Sequence record: NC_031103.1
DNA from: Escherichia phage vB_EcoM-UFV13
Direction: 5' to 3' (one strand)
DNA: 64,000 bases
The position numbers were made by a program, and so were the translations under genes. Below the pieces are notes generated by a model. That model was not told where the DNA came from. It saw only the letters and a list, made by a program, of their open reading frames with translations, and ran no database searches. Shown here piece by piece: positions 53,301 to 61,704 of this stretch. Within the stretch, counting starts at the first letter, position 1, and each line of letters starts with the position of its first letter.

Positions 53301-54255
53301 CTCTTCGGACGGCGATAATAAAGCGACTGAAGGCGATTGGAATGGAAAACGACCGTTTTCCATTGATATGACTGCTGGTACTGTTCGTCTTGGCGAAAAT
53401 ACTTCTTTTGATAAAGATATTACTATTAATGGAAACATTAATTCACGAGTTAAAGCTGCCGGACAATGGAGTGTTAGCTTTTCTGCTATTTCAGATGTGA
53501 CTCGCGACAATTCTGCATTCTTAGCGAATACGGGTGGCATTTCCAAGACAAGTCAAGCTTATTACCCGCTATTTTCTGGATACAGTTTTTTAACTGACGC
53601 GGGTTATCGACAATCGTTTGAATTTGGATGGTTAGGTGTTTCTGGTACTTGGCGCCAAGGCATTATTCGCATGCGTGGTGACAACGCATCGGGGCAACAG
53701 GCTCGTTGGACTTTTGATATGGATGGAACATTTTATGCTCCTATACTATCATGCGGATCTGCGAGAGCATTCGGTGTCAATACATCAAATGGTCTCGGTG
53801 GAAACAGTATAACATTTGGTGATAGCGATACCGGTATTAAGCAAAATGGTGATGGATTATTAGACATATATGCGAACAACGCACAAGTATTCCGTTTCCA
53901 AAACGGCGATTTGTACTCATACAAAAATATAAATGCTCCAAACGTTTATATTCGTTCTGATATTCGTTTAAAATCCAACTTCAAACCTATCGAAAATGCA
54001 CTTGATAAAGTTGAAAAACTTAACGGTGTCATTTACGATAAAGCTGAATACATCGGTGGAGAGGCAATTGAAACTGAAGCGGGTATTGTGGCTCAAACGT
54101 TGCAAGACGTTTTACCAGAAGCTGTCCGTGAAACAGAAGACAGTAAGGGTAATAAAATACTCACTGTTTCTTCTCAAGCCCAGATTGCTCTTCTAGTTGA
54201 AGCTGTGAAAACACTTTCTTCTCGTGTAAAAGAACTTGAATCTAAACTTATGTAA
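50395..54255 (+). CDS. 37: long tail fibre distal subunit gp37, T2-type with C-terminal chaperone-like domain
   Basis: 1286 aa; C-terminal about 110 aa (…NGVIYDKAEYIGGEAIETEAGIVAQTLQDVLPEAV…LESKLM) resembles a cleaved intramolecular chaperone domain. Confidence 0.9.
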   Translation: MATLKQIQFKRSKTAGARPAASVLAEGELAINLKDRTIFTKDDSGNIIDLGIAKGGQIDGNVTINGLLRLNGDYTQTGGMTVNGPIGSTEGVSALVFRSMRGSFYARATNDTSNAHLWFENTNGSERGVLYSKPQSENEGVITMRVRQGTAAGAQNSEFHFISTDGGIFQARKLTALTSISTPTISVNLINHDSKAFGQYDSQSLVQYVYPGTGETNGVNYLRKVRAKSGGTIYHEICTAQTGLADEMSWWTGNTPLFKLYGIRNDGRMIIRNSLAIGTVTEGYPSSDYGNTGVMGDRYLALGDNASGLKWVRTGVIDLMANGISAATIINNGINSTKKLMVGYSRDSGTTWDFPNNNQAMFTARTDIDGNNNGDGQTHIGYNSNSKMYHYFRGTGRMAVGMSQGLLVEPGILDINTGSNRVAIRADGTFDSTQRISMRTGLFLSGDDNTNALLFKAPSGVDGTKPISWAAGTRNGQNKNDISIKVWGNAFNSVPGIRETVFEVYDSQGYYFYSQRQRPEGSETVGPVVTQFSGQVNANGSISTAGNLKVDGLSTLNGNVTMKNGLFVQGGSSITGQVKIGGTADALRIWNAEYGAIFRRSESNLYIIPTPKGAGESGGISNLRPLIIELNTGTVKMSHDVHLGDSGSGTGLLQVSNSLKTIKMICPVTINERNAALTLDSPSSSSANYLQGSKAGTRSWYVGLGGAGNDLSLYSQSYGHGLVISDNFVSISKPLKVGNAQLGTDGNITNGSGNFANLNTTLNRKVNSGFITYGATAGWYKFATVTMPQSTSTVFFKIAGGSGFNSGLFTQCNIAEIVLRTSNERPADLNAVLYTRTSGLYSAAFRNIAVNNVSGNTYDIYVYAGTYCNQLACEWSCTENATVSVIGINSSTQSPVDALPDTAVNGQVANVLNNLVDRGKAKRYVAESEIAINNQTGIRITSNSDRSGSNSVLFRNDGGNFYILLTDKNSSDGDNKATEGDWNGKRPFSIDMTAGTVRLGENTSFDKDITINGNINSRVKAAGQWSVSFSAISDVTRDNSAFLANTGGISKTSQAYYPLFSGYSFLTDAGYRQSFEFGWLGVSGTWRQGIIRMRGDNASGQQARWTFDMDGTFYAPILSCGSARAFGVNTSNGLGGNSITFGDSDTGIKQNGDGLLDIYANNAQVFRFQNGDLYSYKNINAPNVYIRSDIRLKSNFKPIENALDKVEKLNGVIYDKAEYIGGEAIETEAGIVAQTLQDVLPEAVRETEDSKGNKILTVSSQAQIALLVEAVKTLSSRVKELESKLM

Positions 54256-54257
54256 AA

Positions 54258-54273
54258 GAGGGCTTCGGCCCTC
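54258..54273 (+). other. UUCG hairpin between genes 37 and 38, preceding the gene 38 Shine-Dalgarno
   Basis: GAGGGC-UUCG-GCCCUC then UAAGGAUUUUUA-AUG. Confidence 0.6.
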
Positions 54274-54285
54274 TAAGGATTTTTA

Positions 54286-55077
54286 ATGGCAATTGTAGGT
54301 GTTCCTGGCTGGATTGGCGAATCTGCCGTGAATGAAACTGGACAACGTTGGATGGATGCTGCGATGAAAGCTGTTCGTGTTTCAGTTCCCGGTTGGATGA
54401 GTTCAATGGCTGGGCAATCTAAAGAAGTATATTATAGTGTTGGTGCTAGTAATTCTTATAATAAAGACACACTAATAAATTGGATAAAAGCTCAAGGAAG
54501 TACTCCTGTTGTTATTACTATTACAGGAAATATTGTTTCTCAATCTACTGGTGTTCCATGCTTAGATTTTCCTAGCTCATTAACTAATGCGTATGTTACC
54601 TTAAATATTAATAGCGGGGTTCATGTATTAGGTCGGGGAGGAAATGGCGGAAGTAACTCTGCTGGTGGAGCAGGAGGAACTGCAATAAATAACGGAATTG
54701 GAACTCGTTTAAGAATAAACAATAATGGTATTATTGGTGGCGGTGGCGGTGGCGGCGCAGGTGCTAGATACAATCCTTTCCCTCAAATGGATATGAAATT
54801 TGGCGGCGGAGGAGGTCGTCCATTTGGTGCTGCCGGTGCAGCCGGTGGCGGCGCAGCGGCTGCATCTGCCGGTACAATTTCTGCTCCTGGTAAAGGCACT
54901 GTTTCTGGGGTTCACCATGGAGGAGATGGTGGAGATTTGGGAGCTGCTGGCAAATCTTCATATATTCAAGGTGGTACTGGAGGAACTGTTCACTCGGGTG
55001 GTGCTGCGGGTAAAGCTGTTACTGGTAATGCTCCAACTTGGACTAAAGTTGGTACAATATATGGTGCAAGAGTATAA
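54286..55077 (+). CDS. 38: tail fibre tip adhesin gp38, T2-type with glycine-rich motifs
   Basis: 263 aa with several poly-Gly motifs (GGGGGGAGA, GGGGGRPFGAAGAAGGGAAAA); differs from the 183-aa T4 gp38. Confidence 0.88.
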   Translation: MAIVGVPGWIGESAVNETGQRWMDAAMKAVRVSVPGWMSSMAGQSKEVYYSVGASNSYNKDTLINWIKAQGSTPVVITITGNIVSQSTGVPCLDFPSSLTNAYVTLNINSGVHVLGRGGNGGSNSAGGAGGTAINNGIGTRLRINNNGIIGGGGGGGAGARYNPFPQMDMKFGGGGGRPFGAAGAAGGGAAAASAGTISAPGKGTVSGVHHGGDGGDLGAAGKSSYIQGGTGGTVHSGGAAGKAVTGNAPTWTKVGTIYGARV

Positions 55078-55108
55078 TTTTGAATAAATATCCTTAAAAG
55101 GAGGGTCT

Positions 55109-55765
55109 ATGGCAGCACCTAGAATATCATTTTCGCCCTCTGATATTCTGTTGGGTGTTCTAGATCGCTTGTTCAAAGATAACGCTACCGGGAAAGTTCT
55201 TGCTTCCCGGGTAGCTGTCGTAATTCTTTTGTTTATAATGGCGATTGTTTGGTATAGGGGAGATAGTTTCTTTGAGTACTATAAGCAATCAAAGTATGAA
55301 ACATACAGTGAAATTATTGAAAAGGAAAGAAATGCACGCTTTGAATCTGTCGCCCTGGAACAACTCCAGATAGTTCATATATCATCTGAGGCAGACTTTA
55401 GTGCGGTGTATTCTTTCCGCCCTAAAAACTTAAACTATTTTGTTGATATTATAGCATATGAAGGAAAATTACCTTCAACAATAAGTGAAAAATCACTTGG
55501 AGGATATCCTGTTGATAAAACTATGGATGAATATACAGTTCATTTAAATGGACGTCATTATTATTCCAACTCAAAATTTGCTTTTTTACCAACTAAAAAG
55601 CCTACTCCCGAAATAAACTACATGTACAGTTGTCCATATTTTAATTTGGATAATATCTATGCTGGAACGATAACCATGTACTGGTATAGAAATGATCATA
55701 TAAGTAATGACCGCCTTGAATCAATATGTGCTCAGGCGGCCAGAATATTAGGAAGGGCTAAATAA
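55109..55765 (+). CDS. t: holin T
   Basis: 218 aa, recognised T4 holin with single N-terminal TMD. Confidence 0.95.
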   Translation: MAAPRISFSPSDILLGVLDRLFKDNATGKVLASRVAVVILLFIMAIVWYRGDSFFEYYKQSKYETYSEIIEKERNARFESVALEQLQIVHISSEADFSAVYSFRPKNLNYFVDIIAYEGKLPSTISEKSLGGYPVDKTMDEYTVHLNGRHYYSNSKFAFLPTKKPTPEINYMYSCPYFNLDNIYAGTITMYWYRNDHISNDRLESICAQAARILGRAK

Positions 55766-56038
55766 TTATTTGTTCGTATACATCTCTAGATATCGATATA
55801 CACCCTCAAAACCCTCGTTGAATTCGTCGATGAGGGTTTTCTTATCTTCCTGGGTTAATTCAGAAACAATTTTACGGAATGAATTCTGATTTAATTTTCT
55901 ACCTTCATGCGTTACTCCAATCTCATTCAGAAATGCAATAAAATTAGCACGATTCTCAACAATATCTTCTCTGGAAAATTTAATCAAAATAGACGCAACA
56001 GTAATAATTTCACGAATTGTATCAATGTTTTTATTCAT
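55766..56038 (-). CDS. asiA: anti-sigma70 protein AsiA
   Basis: 90 aa, recognised AsiA sequence. Confidence 0.95.
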   Translation of the reverse strand: MNKNIDTIREIITVASILIKFSREDIVENRANFIAFLNEIGVTHEGRKLNQNSFRKIVSELTQEDKKTLIDEFNEGFEGVYRYLEMYTNK

Positions 56039-56050
56039 TAACTATACCAC

Positions 56051-56203
56051 TCAATTAGTTGACTTTATTATAATATCATCAGACGCTTGATTTGTAAACT
56101 GGTCTGTGTTATTTTCTTCAAAAATTTTTTCTACGAATTCCTTGAACGACTTACGTTCCTGAGCTACATTATGCTCGATTACTTTTTCAAGATTATGACT
56201 CAT
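56051..56203 (-). CDS. small acidic protein (not in ORF track)
   Basis: Hand-translated 50 aa ORF MSHNLEKVIEHNVAQERKSFKEF...; ATG overlaps arn stop (ATGA); 3' end contains the asiA promoter-like sequence. Confidence 0.5.
   Translation of the reverse strand: MSHNLEKVIEHNVAQERKSFKEFVEKIFEENNTDQFTNQASDDIIIKSTN
56064..56099 (-). promoter_or_regulatory. early promoter-like sequence for asiA
   Basis: Minus strand GTTTAC, 17 nt, ATATTATAAT. Confidence 0.6.
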
Positions 56204-56478
56204 TCGAAATAATCTTCAATTTCATAATCATGGACATAAATCATTATAGTTTTTAATACATCATCAATACTTTTTCCTGGAGCTGGAATTACGTAAAAAT
56301 ATCCTGCTTTTGAGAGGTCTTTATAAGTTCCAATCAAGAAATCATTATTCTCAAGATGTAGTTCTTCAACTAATTCATTAACAATTGAATGGTATAAATT
56401 TGGTAGAAACTTATATAGCTTTTCTAGAATATCAATTTTGATTGTGTATTGAACCACGGACTGAGAATCAATAATCAT
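56200..56478 (-). CDS. arn: anti-restriction nuclease Arn
   Basis: 92 aa, T4 Arn length and position next to asiA. Confidence 0.85.
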   Translation of the reverse strand: MIIDSQSVVQYTIKIDILEKLYKFLPNLYHSIVNELVEELHLENNDFLIGTYKDLSKAGYFYVIPAPGKSIDDVLKTIMIYVHDYEIEDYFE

Positions 56479-56561
56479 AGACCTTCCCCTTATGTTTCTG
56501 TTTGCGATTAGATTCTTTAAACGCTTTCTTCTTATCTTTATGGACAGAAGCTTTATTAAAA

Positions 56562-56780
56562 TTATGTTTTGCGACTAAATTGTTCATAGTGCTGAATTAC
56601 CTCTCTCAAACATTTGCATGTGAATGAAAACTTTTTAGCTACACCACATTCAAATATATGTTCTCTTAAATCGCGTGTATCGGTATATCCCATCTCAACA
56701 ATAAAATGCCGTATTAGATTTTTATCTTTATCATTGAGAGAATTAAAATAGTCAGATTTTGAATTAATTTCCCTGGCCAA
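56562..56780 (-). CDS. hypothetical protein, arn.1 position
   Basis: 72 aa ORF. Confidence 0.6.
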   Translation of the reverse strand: MAREINSKSDYFNSLNDKDKNLIRHFIVEMGYTDTRDLREHIFECGVAKKFSFTCKCLREVIQHYEQFSRKT

Positions 56781-57060
56781 ATTGAATCACCTTCAGTTGA
56801 CGTTTTAACTCTTTTATCATTTCTTCGTTCATCGCAATATAAAGATCACGTAAAGCAGGTTTTAGCATTCCATTTACTGGAGAACTAAATGGACATACAT
56901 AATCTTTTCCTACGAGCTTTTTAGTGAATTCAATATTACAGAACTGAAATGCCGGCTCATTGGTATAAATTCCCCAATTAGTTGACATCATTTTATTAGC
57001 ATATTCCAGTGCCTGGATTTGATTCATAATTCCATCAATTTGAAACTTTTTAATATTCAT
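56764..57060 (-). CDS. hypothetical protein
   Basis: 98 aa ORF. Confidence 0.6.
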   Translation of the reverse strand: MNIKKFQIDGIMNQIQALEYANKMMSTNWGIYTNEPAFQFCNIEFTKKLVGKDYVCPFSSPVNGMLKPALRDLYIAMNEEMIKELKRQLKVIQFGQGN

Positions 57061-57521
57061 TAGTAAAGGTCCTCAGAGTAAAGTTCTTTTTCACTACCAC
57101 CGCGTTCAATACGCACCTGCCCAGCGTAAGTTGCAATAATCATTGCTTCTTCACGTGTCCAATAATTACTATATTGGTCAATAAACCCTTGGTCATCATC
57201 ACAAACTTGTTGAGTAACTAATTGAGGTTTAACTACATCTAAAACTTCTGCCATATCTTTAGAATAATGACGAGCACCTGGAATAATAAGAGTTCGTCCA
57301 TCTTTTAATTTAAAACGGTTGGCTGCGCAGACAATTCGTCGTTGATACTTTTGGTTTTCATCCCAATACGCAGTCTGCCAACAGATTTCAGGAACTTCTT
57401 TCAGAATATCTTCTTCTGCGCATTTATAACCATGCGCTTTAAATTTTTCAACAAGACTTTCTGGAGTTTCACGAGATAAAGGAACATTTAACATTTTTAA
57501 ACGATTAATAAATGGGTTCAT
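57060..57521 (-). CDS. hypothetical protein
   Basis: 153 aa ORF. Confidence 0.65.
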   Translation of the reverse strand: MNPFINRLKMLNVPLSRETPESLVEKFKAHGYKCAEEDILKEVPEICWQTAYWDENQKYQRRIVCAANRFKLKDGRTLIIPGARHYSKDMAEVLDVVKPQLVTQQVCDDDQGFIDQYSNYWTREEAMIIATYAGQVRIERGGSEKELYSEDLY

Positions 57522-57847
57522 TTAAACCATCCTTTAATACGTTGCCACAAAGTTTTCTGCTGAGCTTTGTTAACACCAATTGAACGAATAACTGGTTGAG
57601 ATTCCTGGAATTCTTTATAATCAGCAAGGTAAATTTCGTAAGCTGCATCCGTAAATGAACTTATCGCTGCCATAAAATTATTGCGAATACCTACTGGAGC
57701 ATCTTTACTTTCACGAATAATCATGTATTTACCAGTCTTAATCTTTACGATAGTTCCAAGATAAGCTCCATGATACCAGATGTCCCAACCCTCTTGAGTG
57801 GGTTCTGCGCAACGACGAAGTTCATTGATAATTTCTAACTTGTTCAT
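57518..57847 (-). CDS. hypothetical protein
   Basis: 109 aa ORF. Confidence 0.65.
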   Translation of the reverse strand: MNKLEIINELRRCAEPTQEGWDIWYHGAYLGTIVKIKTGKYMIIRESKDAPVGIRNNFMAAISSFTDAAYEIYLADYKEFQESQPVIRSIGVNKAQQKTLWQRIKGWFK

Positions 57848-57857
57848 TATTTATTCC

Positions 57858-58493
57858 TCACAGTTCAGATGCTACAGTGATTACAGCTTCAATGTTTTCT
57901 ACCGAACGTTTAATGTCAAGATACACATTACCGTTTTTAGCGATTTTACATGACATTCCGATGTCAGTAAATTTCTGAATATGATGTTCCATCATTTTGT
58001 ATCCAAAAATTCGCATGTTTCCATTGTTGTTAATTTCAAAATTGCGAATTCCGTGAGTGCGTTTTTCTAAAATAGCGAGATAGTTACTGCGATAAGTTTC
58101 GACCTTTTTAAGAACAAATCCATTTTCATCTAAAAGTTTTAACATGAGGTCTTTATCTTCTTCCATATCAGAAGTAATCTCACGAGCTTTACGAGTTGCT
58201 CGTTTTTTCAGCAGTTCAGGAGCATTTTCCTGTGCATATAAAGTTGCTGCATTTGAAATAATATCCTGAGCTTCACCAGTAATTATTAATCCATCACCAG
58301 ATTTCTCCACCAGGCCTTTTTTAATCAATACCCCAATATTACTATTAACTACTGCGTTACCTAAATCTGGATGCACCTCACGAACTTCTGCAGCTGTAAT
58401 GAAATCTTTCTTAGCAATAGTAATTAAAATCGCAGCAGTTTTTTCATTCAGAACATCGTTAGAAGCTTTGATGATGTAAGTTACTTTAGACAT
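57858..58493 (-). CDS. motA: middle transcription activator MotA
   Basis: 211 aa, recognised MotA sequence. Confidence 0.95.
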   Translation of the reverse strand: MSKVTYIIKASNDVLNEKTAAILITIAKKDFITAAEVREVHPDLGNAVVNSNIGVLIKKGLVEKSGDGLIITGEAQDIISNAATLYAQENAPELLKKRATRKAREITSDMEEDKDLMLKLLDENGFVLKKVETYRSNYLAILEKRTHGIRNFEINNNGNMRIFGYKMMEHHIQKFTDIGMSCKIAKNGNVYLDIKRSVENIEAVITVASEL

Positions 58494-58519
58494 TTTCTAA
58501 TCTCCGTAATTCTGTATCA

Positions 58520-58564
58520 GTAGTTGATAGTTGTATAGTACCACAGTATGCTTTGGTTGTAAAC
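58520..58564 (-). promoter_or_regulatory. early promoter-like sequence upstream of motA
   Basis: Minus strand GTTTAC, 17 nt, GGTACTATAC, shared downstream block ACAACTATCAACT. Confidence 0.6.
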
Positions 58565-58585
58565 CGTTTTGTGAAAAAATTTTAA

Positions 58586-58616
58586 AATAAAAAAGGGAGA
58601 GCCGAAGCTCTCCCTA
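58586..58616 (-). terminator. rho-independent terminator
   Basis: Minus strand GGGAGAGC-UUCG-GCUCUCCC followed by TTTTTTATTTT. Confidence 0.8.
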
Positions 58617-58619
58617 AAA

Positions 58620-58769
58620 TTACTGCATGACTGTGATAACTGTCATGATAACACGTTGAATTCCGAACGCAAGAAGACCTCCTGCTACGGCTGGAACAAC
58701 GCCTAAACCCGCCAGTAAAATGCTACCAGATACTAATGCAGCGCTTGTAATACCTATAAATGGACTCAT
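58620..58769 (-). CDS. small hydrophobic membrane peptide (not in ORF track)
   Basis: Hand-translated 49 aa MSPFIGITSAALVSGSILLAGLGVVPAVAGGLLAFGIQRVIMTVITVMQ; ATG overlaps gene 52 stop; rho-independent terminator follows. Confidence 0.55.
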   Translation of the reverse strand: MSPFIGITSAALVSGSILLAGLGVVPAVAGGLLAFGIQRVIMTVITVMQ

Positions 58770-60094
58770 TTGATTTCCTCTAAATCTTTGGTGTATTCGG
58801 TAACTACATCAGTAGTTTTCCAATATTCGTTTTCTTCTTTCTTAGCTTTAGCTTCTTCAGCAAGTTTCTTTGCTTCATCGGAAGTCATATGAAAAATATT
58901 CATTCCGACTAGTTTATCAACATAAGAAGAATACATATCAATTTTAGAAAGTTCTTCGGTCAGTTCTTTGCGAGTTTTACCCTGCACAACGATTTCACCT
59001 GAAATTACTTTCTTAATGAAATGCGCCTTGGCAAAGGCTAAACGAAAAGCTGATTCAGTTTCTTTGATTTTGTTATCAATTCGTTTTTGGACATAAGTTT
59101 TACGAACTTCAACGAAGTCTTTAATTAAATCGACTACGTTATCGTAAACTTGTAGCTTTCCTTTCTCATTAATAACGGTAATATTTTGGGAACGACGCTC
59201 AATCAACCCGAAGTCTTTCATAATTTTCGCGTGACGTTCTTCTTCATTATCGCTCAAAGCGTATTCTTTGCGGAATTTAACTTTAAAGCCAAAACCATGC
59301 TCACCGCAAGCATCATCCCATGTAATGAAGCCTTTATCTTCAAGTGGGTCTAAGATTTTACTCACATAAGTTTCACGATCATACTTATACGGAATCTCAG
59401 TGATATTCATTTGAGTTCGTGAAGTAAACTTATATGTTCCACGAATTTCATATTGTCCATCAATTTCAACGACTTCACCACGAAATTCTGGGAATTCTAC
59501 CTTCGGTTTAGTTACTTTCTTTCCTTGAAGAGCTTGCAGTACAGCTTTCTTAACAGAAGAAACACTATGAGGAAGAATGTAAGTTGCATAACCAGTTGCA
59601 ATACCGGAAACACCATTAAGAAGAACAGTAGGAATAATAGGCAAATAGAAAGCAGGAGGAATGTGTTCTTTATCTTGATGTACCGGAGCATATTCAGTAT
59701 CTTTATATACGTTATAGAAATTTTTACTTACACGAGCAAAAATATAACGACTTGCTGCTGCTTTTTGGACAGTACGAGAACCAAAGTTTCCTTGACCATC
59801 TAACAGAGGAAAGTTATTATTCCAAGTATTAGCCATCAAAGCACCTGCATCTTGTGCAGAGTTTTCGCCATGGTGATATCCAAGGTCCGCTACACCACCT
59901 GCAATAGAAGCGAGTTTGTGAAACTTATCTTTATTTCCTCGTGCCAAATCAAGAGCTCGAGCAATAACAAATCGTTGAACTGGCTTAAATCCGTCAATCA
60001 TATTTGGGATAGCACGATTTTCAACCGTGTACATAGCATAAGCCAATGCTTCATTATCAATGATACTTTTTAAATCGCGATTATTCAGTTGCAT
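58766..60094 (-). CDS. 52: DNA topoisomerase II medium subunit gp52
   Basis: 442 aa, same as T4 gp52. Confidence 0.95.
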   Translation of the reverse strand: MQLNNRDLKSIIDNEALAYAMYTVENRAIPNMIDGFKPVQRFVIARALDLARGNKDKFHKLASIAGGVADLGYHHGENSAQDAGALMANTWNNNFPLLDGQGNFGSRTVQKAAASRYIFARVSKNFYNVYKDTEYAPVHQDKEHIPPAFYLPIIPTVLLNGVSGIATGYATYILPHSVSSVKKAVLQALQGKKVTKPKVEFPEFRGEVVEIDGQYEIRGTYKFTSRTQMNITEIPYKYDRETYVSKILDPLEDKGFITWDDACGEHGFGFKVKFRKEYALSDNEEERHAKIMKDFGLIERRSQNITVINEKGKLQVYDNVVDLIKDFVEVRKTYVQKRIDNKIKETESAFRLAFAKAHFIKKVISGEIVVQGKTRKELTEELSKIDMYSSYVDKLVGMNIFHMTSDEAKKLAEEAKAKKEENEYWKTTDVVTEYTKDLEEIK

Positions 60095-60098
60095 AAAT

Positions 60099-60239
60099 TT
60101 ACCATACTAGTGAATGTAGTGCCATAATAACATCAGAAATGAAAAGCACGACTTGAATTAATCCGAACATTACTCCATAATATAGTGCTACCAATAAAGT
60201 AGCAAGGGCTAGTGAATAGCCCAAAATTTTCTTAATCAT
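60099..60239 (-). CDS. small hydrophobic membrane peptide (not in ORF track)
   Basis: Hand-translated 46 aa MIKKILGYSLALATLLVALYYGVMFGLIQVVLF... Confidence 0.45.
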   Translation of the reverse strand: MIKKILGYSLALATLLVALYYGVMFGLIQVVLFISDVIMALHSLVW

Positions 60240-60390
60240 TAGTAGATAACAACACAAATGTTAAATATGCACACATACCCTGGGCTAAAGCTTGTGAAAA
60301 CACACTGCTAGCATCGATACAGATAGTTAAAACACATGCTACTATCCAACAAATAAATGAAATAACTCCTAATAATTTTGCGATATTCAT
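60232..60390 (-). CDS. ac: small membrane protein, probable Ac (acridine sensitivity)
   Basis: Hand-translated 52 aa MNIAKLLGVISFICWIVACVLTICIDASS...; position between stp and 52 as in T4. Confidence 0.55.
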   Translation of the reverse strand: MNIAKLLGVISFICWIVACVLTICIDASSVFSQALAQGMCAYLTFVLLSTND

Positions 60391-60397
60391 ATTTTCC

Positions 60398-60478
60398 TCA
60401 CTGGCGTCCGAAGACGCCTTTAATTTTAAGATTATTACGATAGAACTGCATCACATGTTCGTTATGGAAATTACTCAT
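60398..60478 (-). CDS. stp: Stp peptide (modulator of host EcoprrI/PrrC system)
   Basis: Hand-translated 26 aa [26 protein letters not shown], one residue different from recalled T4 Stp; directly downstream of ndd. Confidence 0.8.
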   Translation of the reverse strand: MSNFHNEHVMQFYRNNLKIKGVFGRQ

Positions 60479-60936
60479 TAATACGCCTGTAAAACAAATT
60501 TAAAGTTATCAGCCAACATACGGTTCATTTCTTCAAGTGTTTGATACTCAGAATGATGATTACGAGTAAATGCTAAAGCTAACTGTCCTTTTCCAAATCC
60601 CGTCGTCAGAGGTTTCATCTTAGAAGCAGGCAGATAAAATACTGTGTATACCATATTGTTATTTGCAATAGTACGTGCAAGCTGAGACCGACGTTGACGA
60701 ATATGACTTAGAACTGCACTGAATCCTTGCTTAGAACGCTGATTACCTACATAAAATCGTGCAGACACACATGGATTACTAAATGGACGACCATCTAATT
60801 TACTTACTAAAAAGTAAAATCCAGGTTTAGATAAAATATCTTTATGCGGAGTTCCCAAAAACCACTCACCACCCTTGATTGTACCAATAACAGTTGCGCC
60901 TGCATTGTTCAGATCAGTAACAGTCATATATTTCAT
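60478..60936 (-). CDS. ndd: nucleoid disruption protein Ndd
   Basis: 152 aa from ATG at 60936 with GAGGAAA Shine-Dalgarno. Confidence 0.85.
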
Positions 60937-60996
60937 ATTAATTTCCTCTAAATTATTTTCTACTCCAAGGCCGCATGAATACACACGGCCATTAAA

Positions 60997-61212
60997 TTAA
61001 TCGTCGCAGTCGACGCTCAATTCCCAAAACTCTTCTACAGTATAAGTTTCAGTATCATTTTCAATACAGAAACGTTCATTACTGTTATTTGCTAAAGTAG
61101 CATTAACTGTCGGTTTCTCGCTAGTGCTCTTAAGAGGTGAAATACGAATTAACTGATCACCGTTATCTAAACAGAAAATTTCACCAACTTTTACATCTTT
61201 AAAGATTTTCAT
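60997..61212 (-). CDS. hypothetical protein, ndd.1 position
   Basis: 71 aa ORF. Confidence 0.6.
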   Translation of the reverse strand: MKIFKDVKVGEIFCLDNGDQLIRISPLKSTSEKPTVNATLANNSNERFCIENDTETYTVEEFWELSVDCDD

Positions 61213-61327
61213 AATTCACCTCAAGGAGTATAAAATCCGAATGCAGTTGTTGACCATCCCATCCAATATGGGAAATTTGCACCAATGTAAAACATGAGAA
61301 TATAAAACCAACCGCTCAGCAAATTCA

Positions 61328-61546
61328 TCATTTTACACCATTCCAAATTGTTTCAACTACAGATTTTAAACCATTTTGATGAATATCAATTCCGACTACT
61401 GTCATCAAATAGATTCCAACTACAACTGAACCTAAGGCAAAAATCAGCATGAAAATGAATAAAGCCGGAAAAATATTATCGAAAAACCATTCAATAAATG
61501 TAAAAGCACTGCGTTTACGCTTCATATTTTCCTCACATAAATCCAA
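61328..61546 (-). CDS. small membrane protein
   Basis: 72 aa with two hydrophobic helices. Confidence 0.6.
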   Translation of the reverse strand: MDLCEENMKRKRSAFTFIEWFFDNIFPALFIFMLIFALGSVVVGIYLMTVVGIDIHQNGLKSVVETIWNGVK

Positions 61547-61646
61547 AGTAAACGTTTAATACATCAATCATTAAAACGATTGGGAATATACTCAAAACTA
61601 TTAGTATTATAACTACATTCCATATAGCTTTAACAATCTTTTTCAT
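61533..61646 (-). CDS. small membrane peptide (trimmed start)
   Basis: 37 aa MKKIVKAIWNVVIILIVLSIFPIVLMIDVL... with GGAGG Shine-Dalgarno; the 69-aa ORF-track version reads through the promoter. Confidence 0.55.
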   Translation of the reverse strand: MKKIVKAIWNVVIILIVLSIFPIVLMIDVLNVYFGFM

Positions 61647-61659
61647 TTTCTGTTCCTCC

Positions 61660-61704
61660 GTAGTTGATAGAGTAATAATACCACAGAGGAACAGTCTTGT
61701 AAAC
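61660..61704 (-). promoter_or_regulatory. early promoter-like sequence
   Basis: Minus strand GTTTAC, spacer, GGTATTATTAC. Confidence 0.5.

Noticed and set aside
55078-55108. Possible late promoter for holin t (gagtataatttt)
   Set aside because: Not an exact TATAAATA match; t is probably transcribed from the gene 36 late promoter or another promoter I cannot identify.
54709-55176. Several ORFs on both strands overlapping gene 38 and the 38-t junction
   Set aside because: They arise from the GC-rich GGN repeats encoding the gp38 glycine motifs, which leave open frames on both strands; gp38 in its frame is the supported gene.
56468-56587. 39-codon basic ORF overlapping the arn start
   Set aside because: Readable (MNNLVAKHNFNKASVHKDKKKAFKESNRKQKHKGKVYDY) but no convincing Shine-Dalgarno and it overlaps two better-supported genes; left as unconfirmed.
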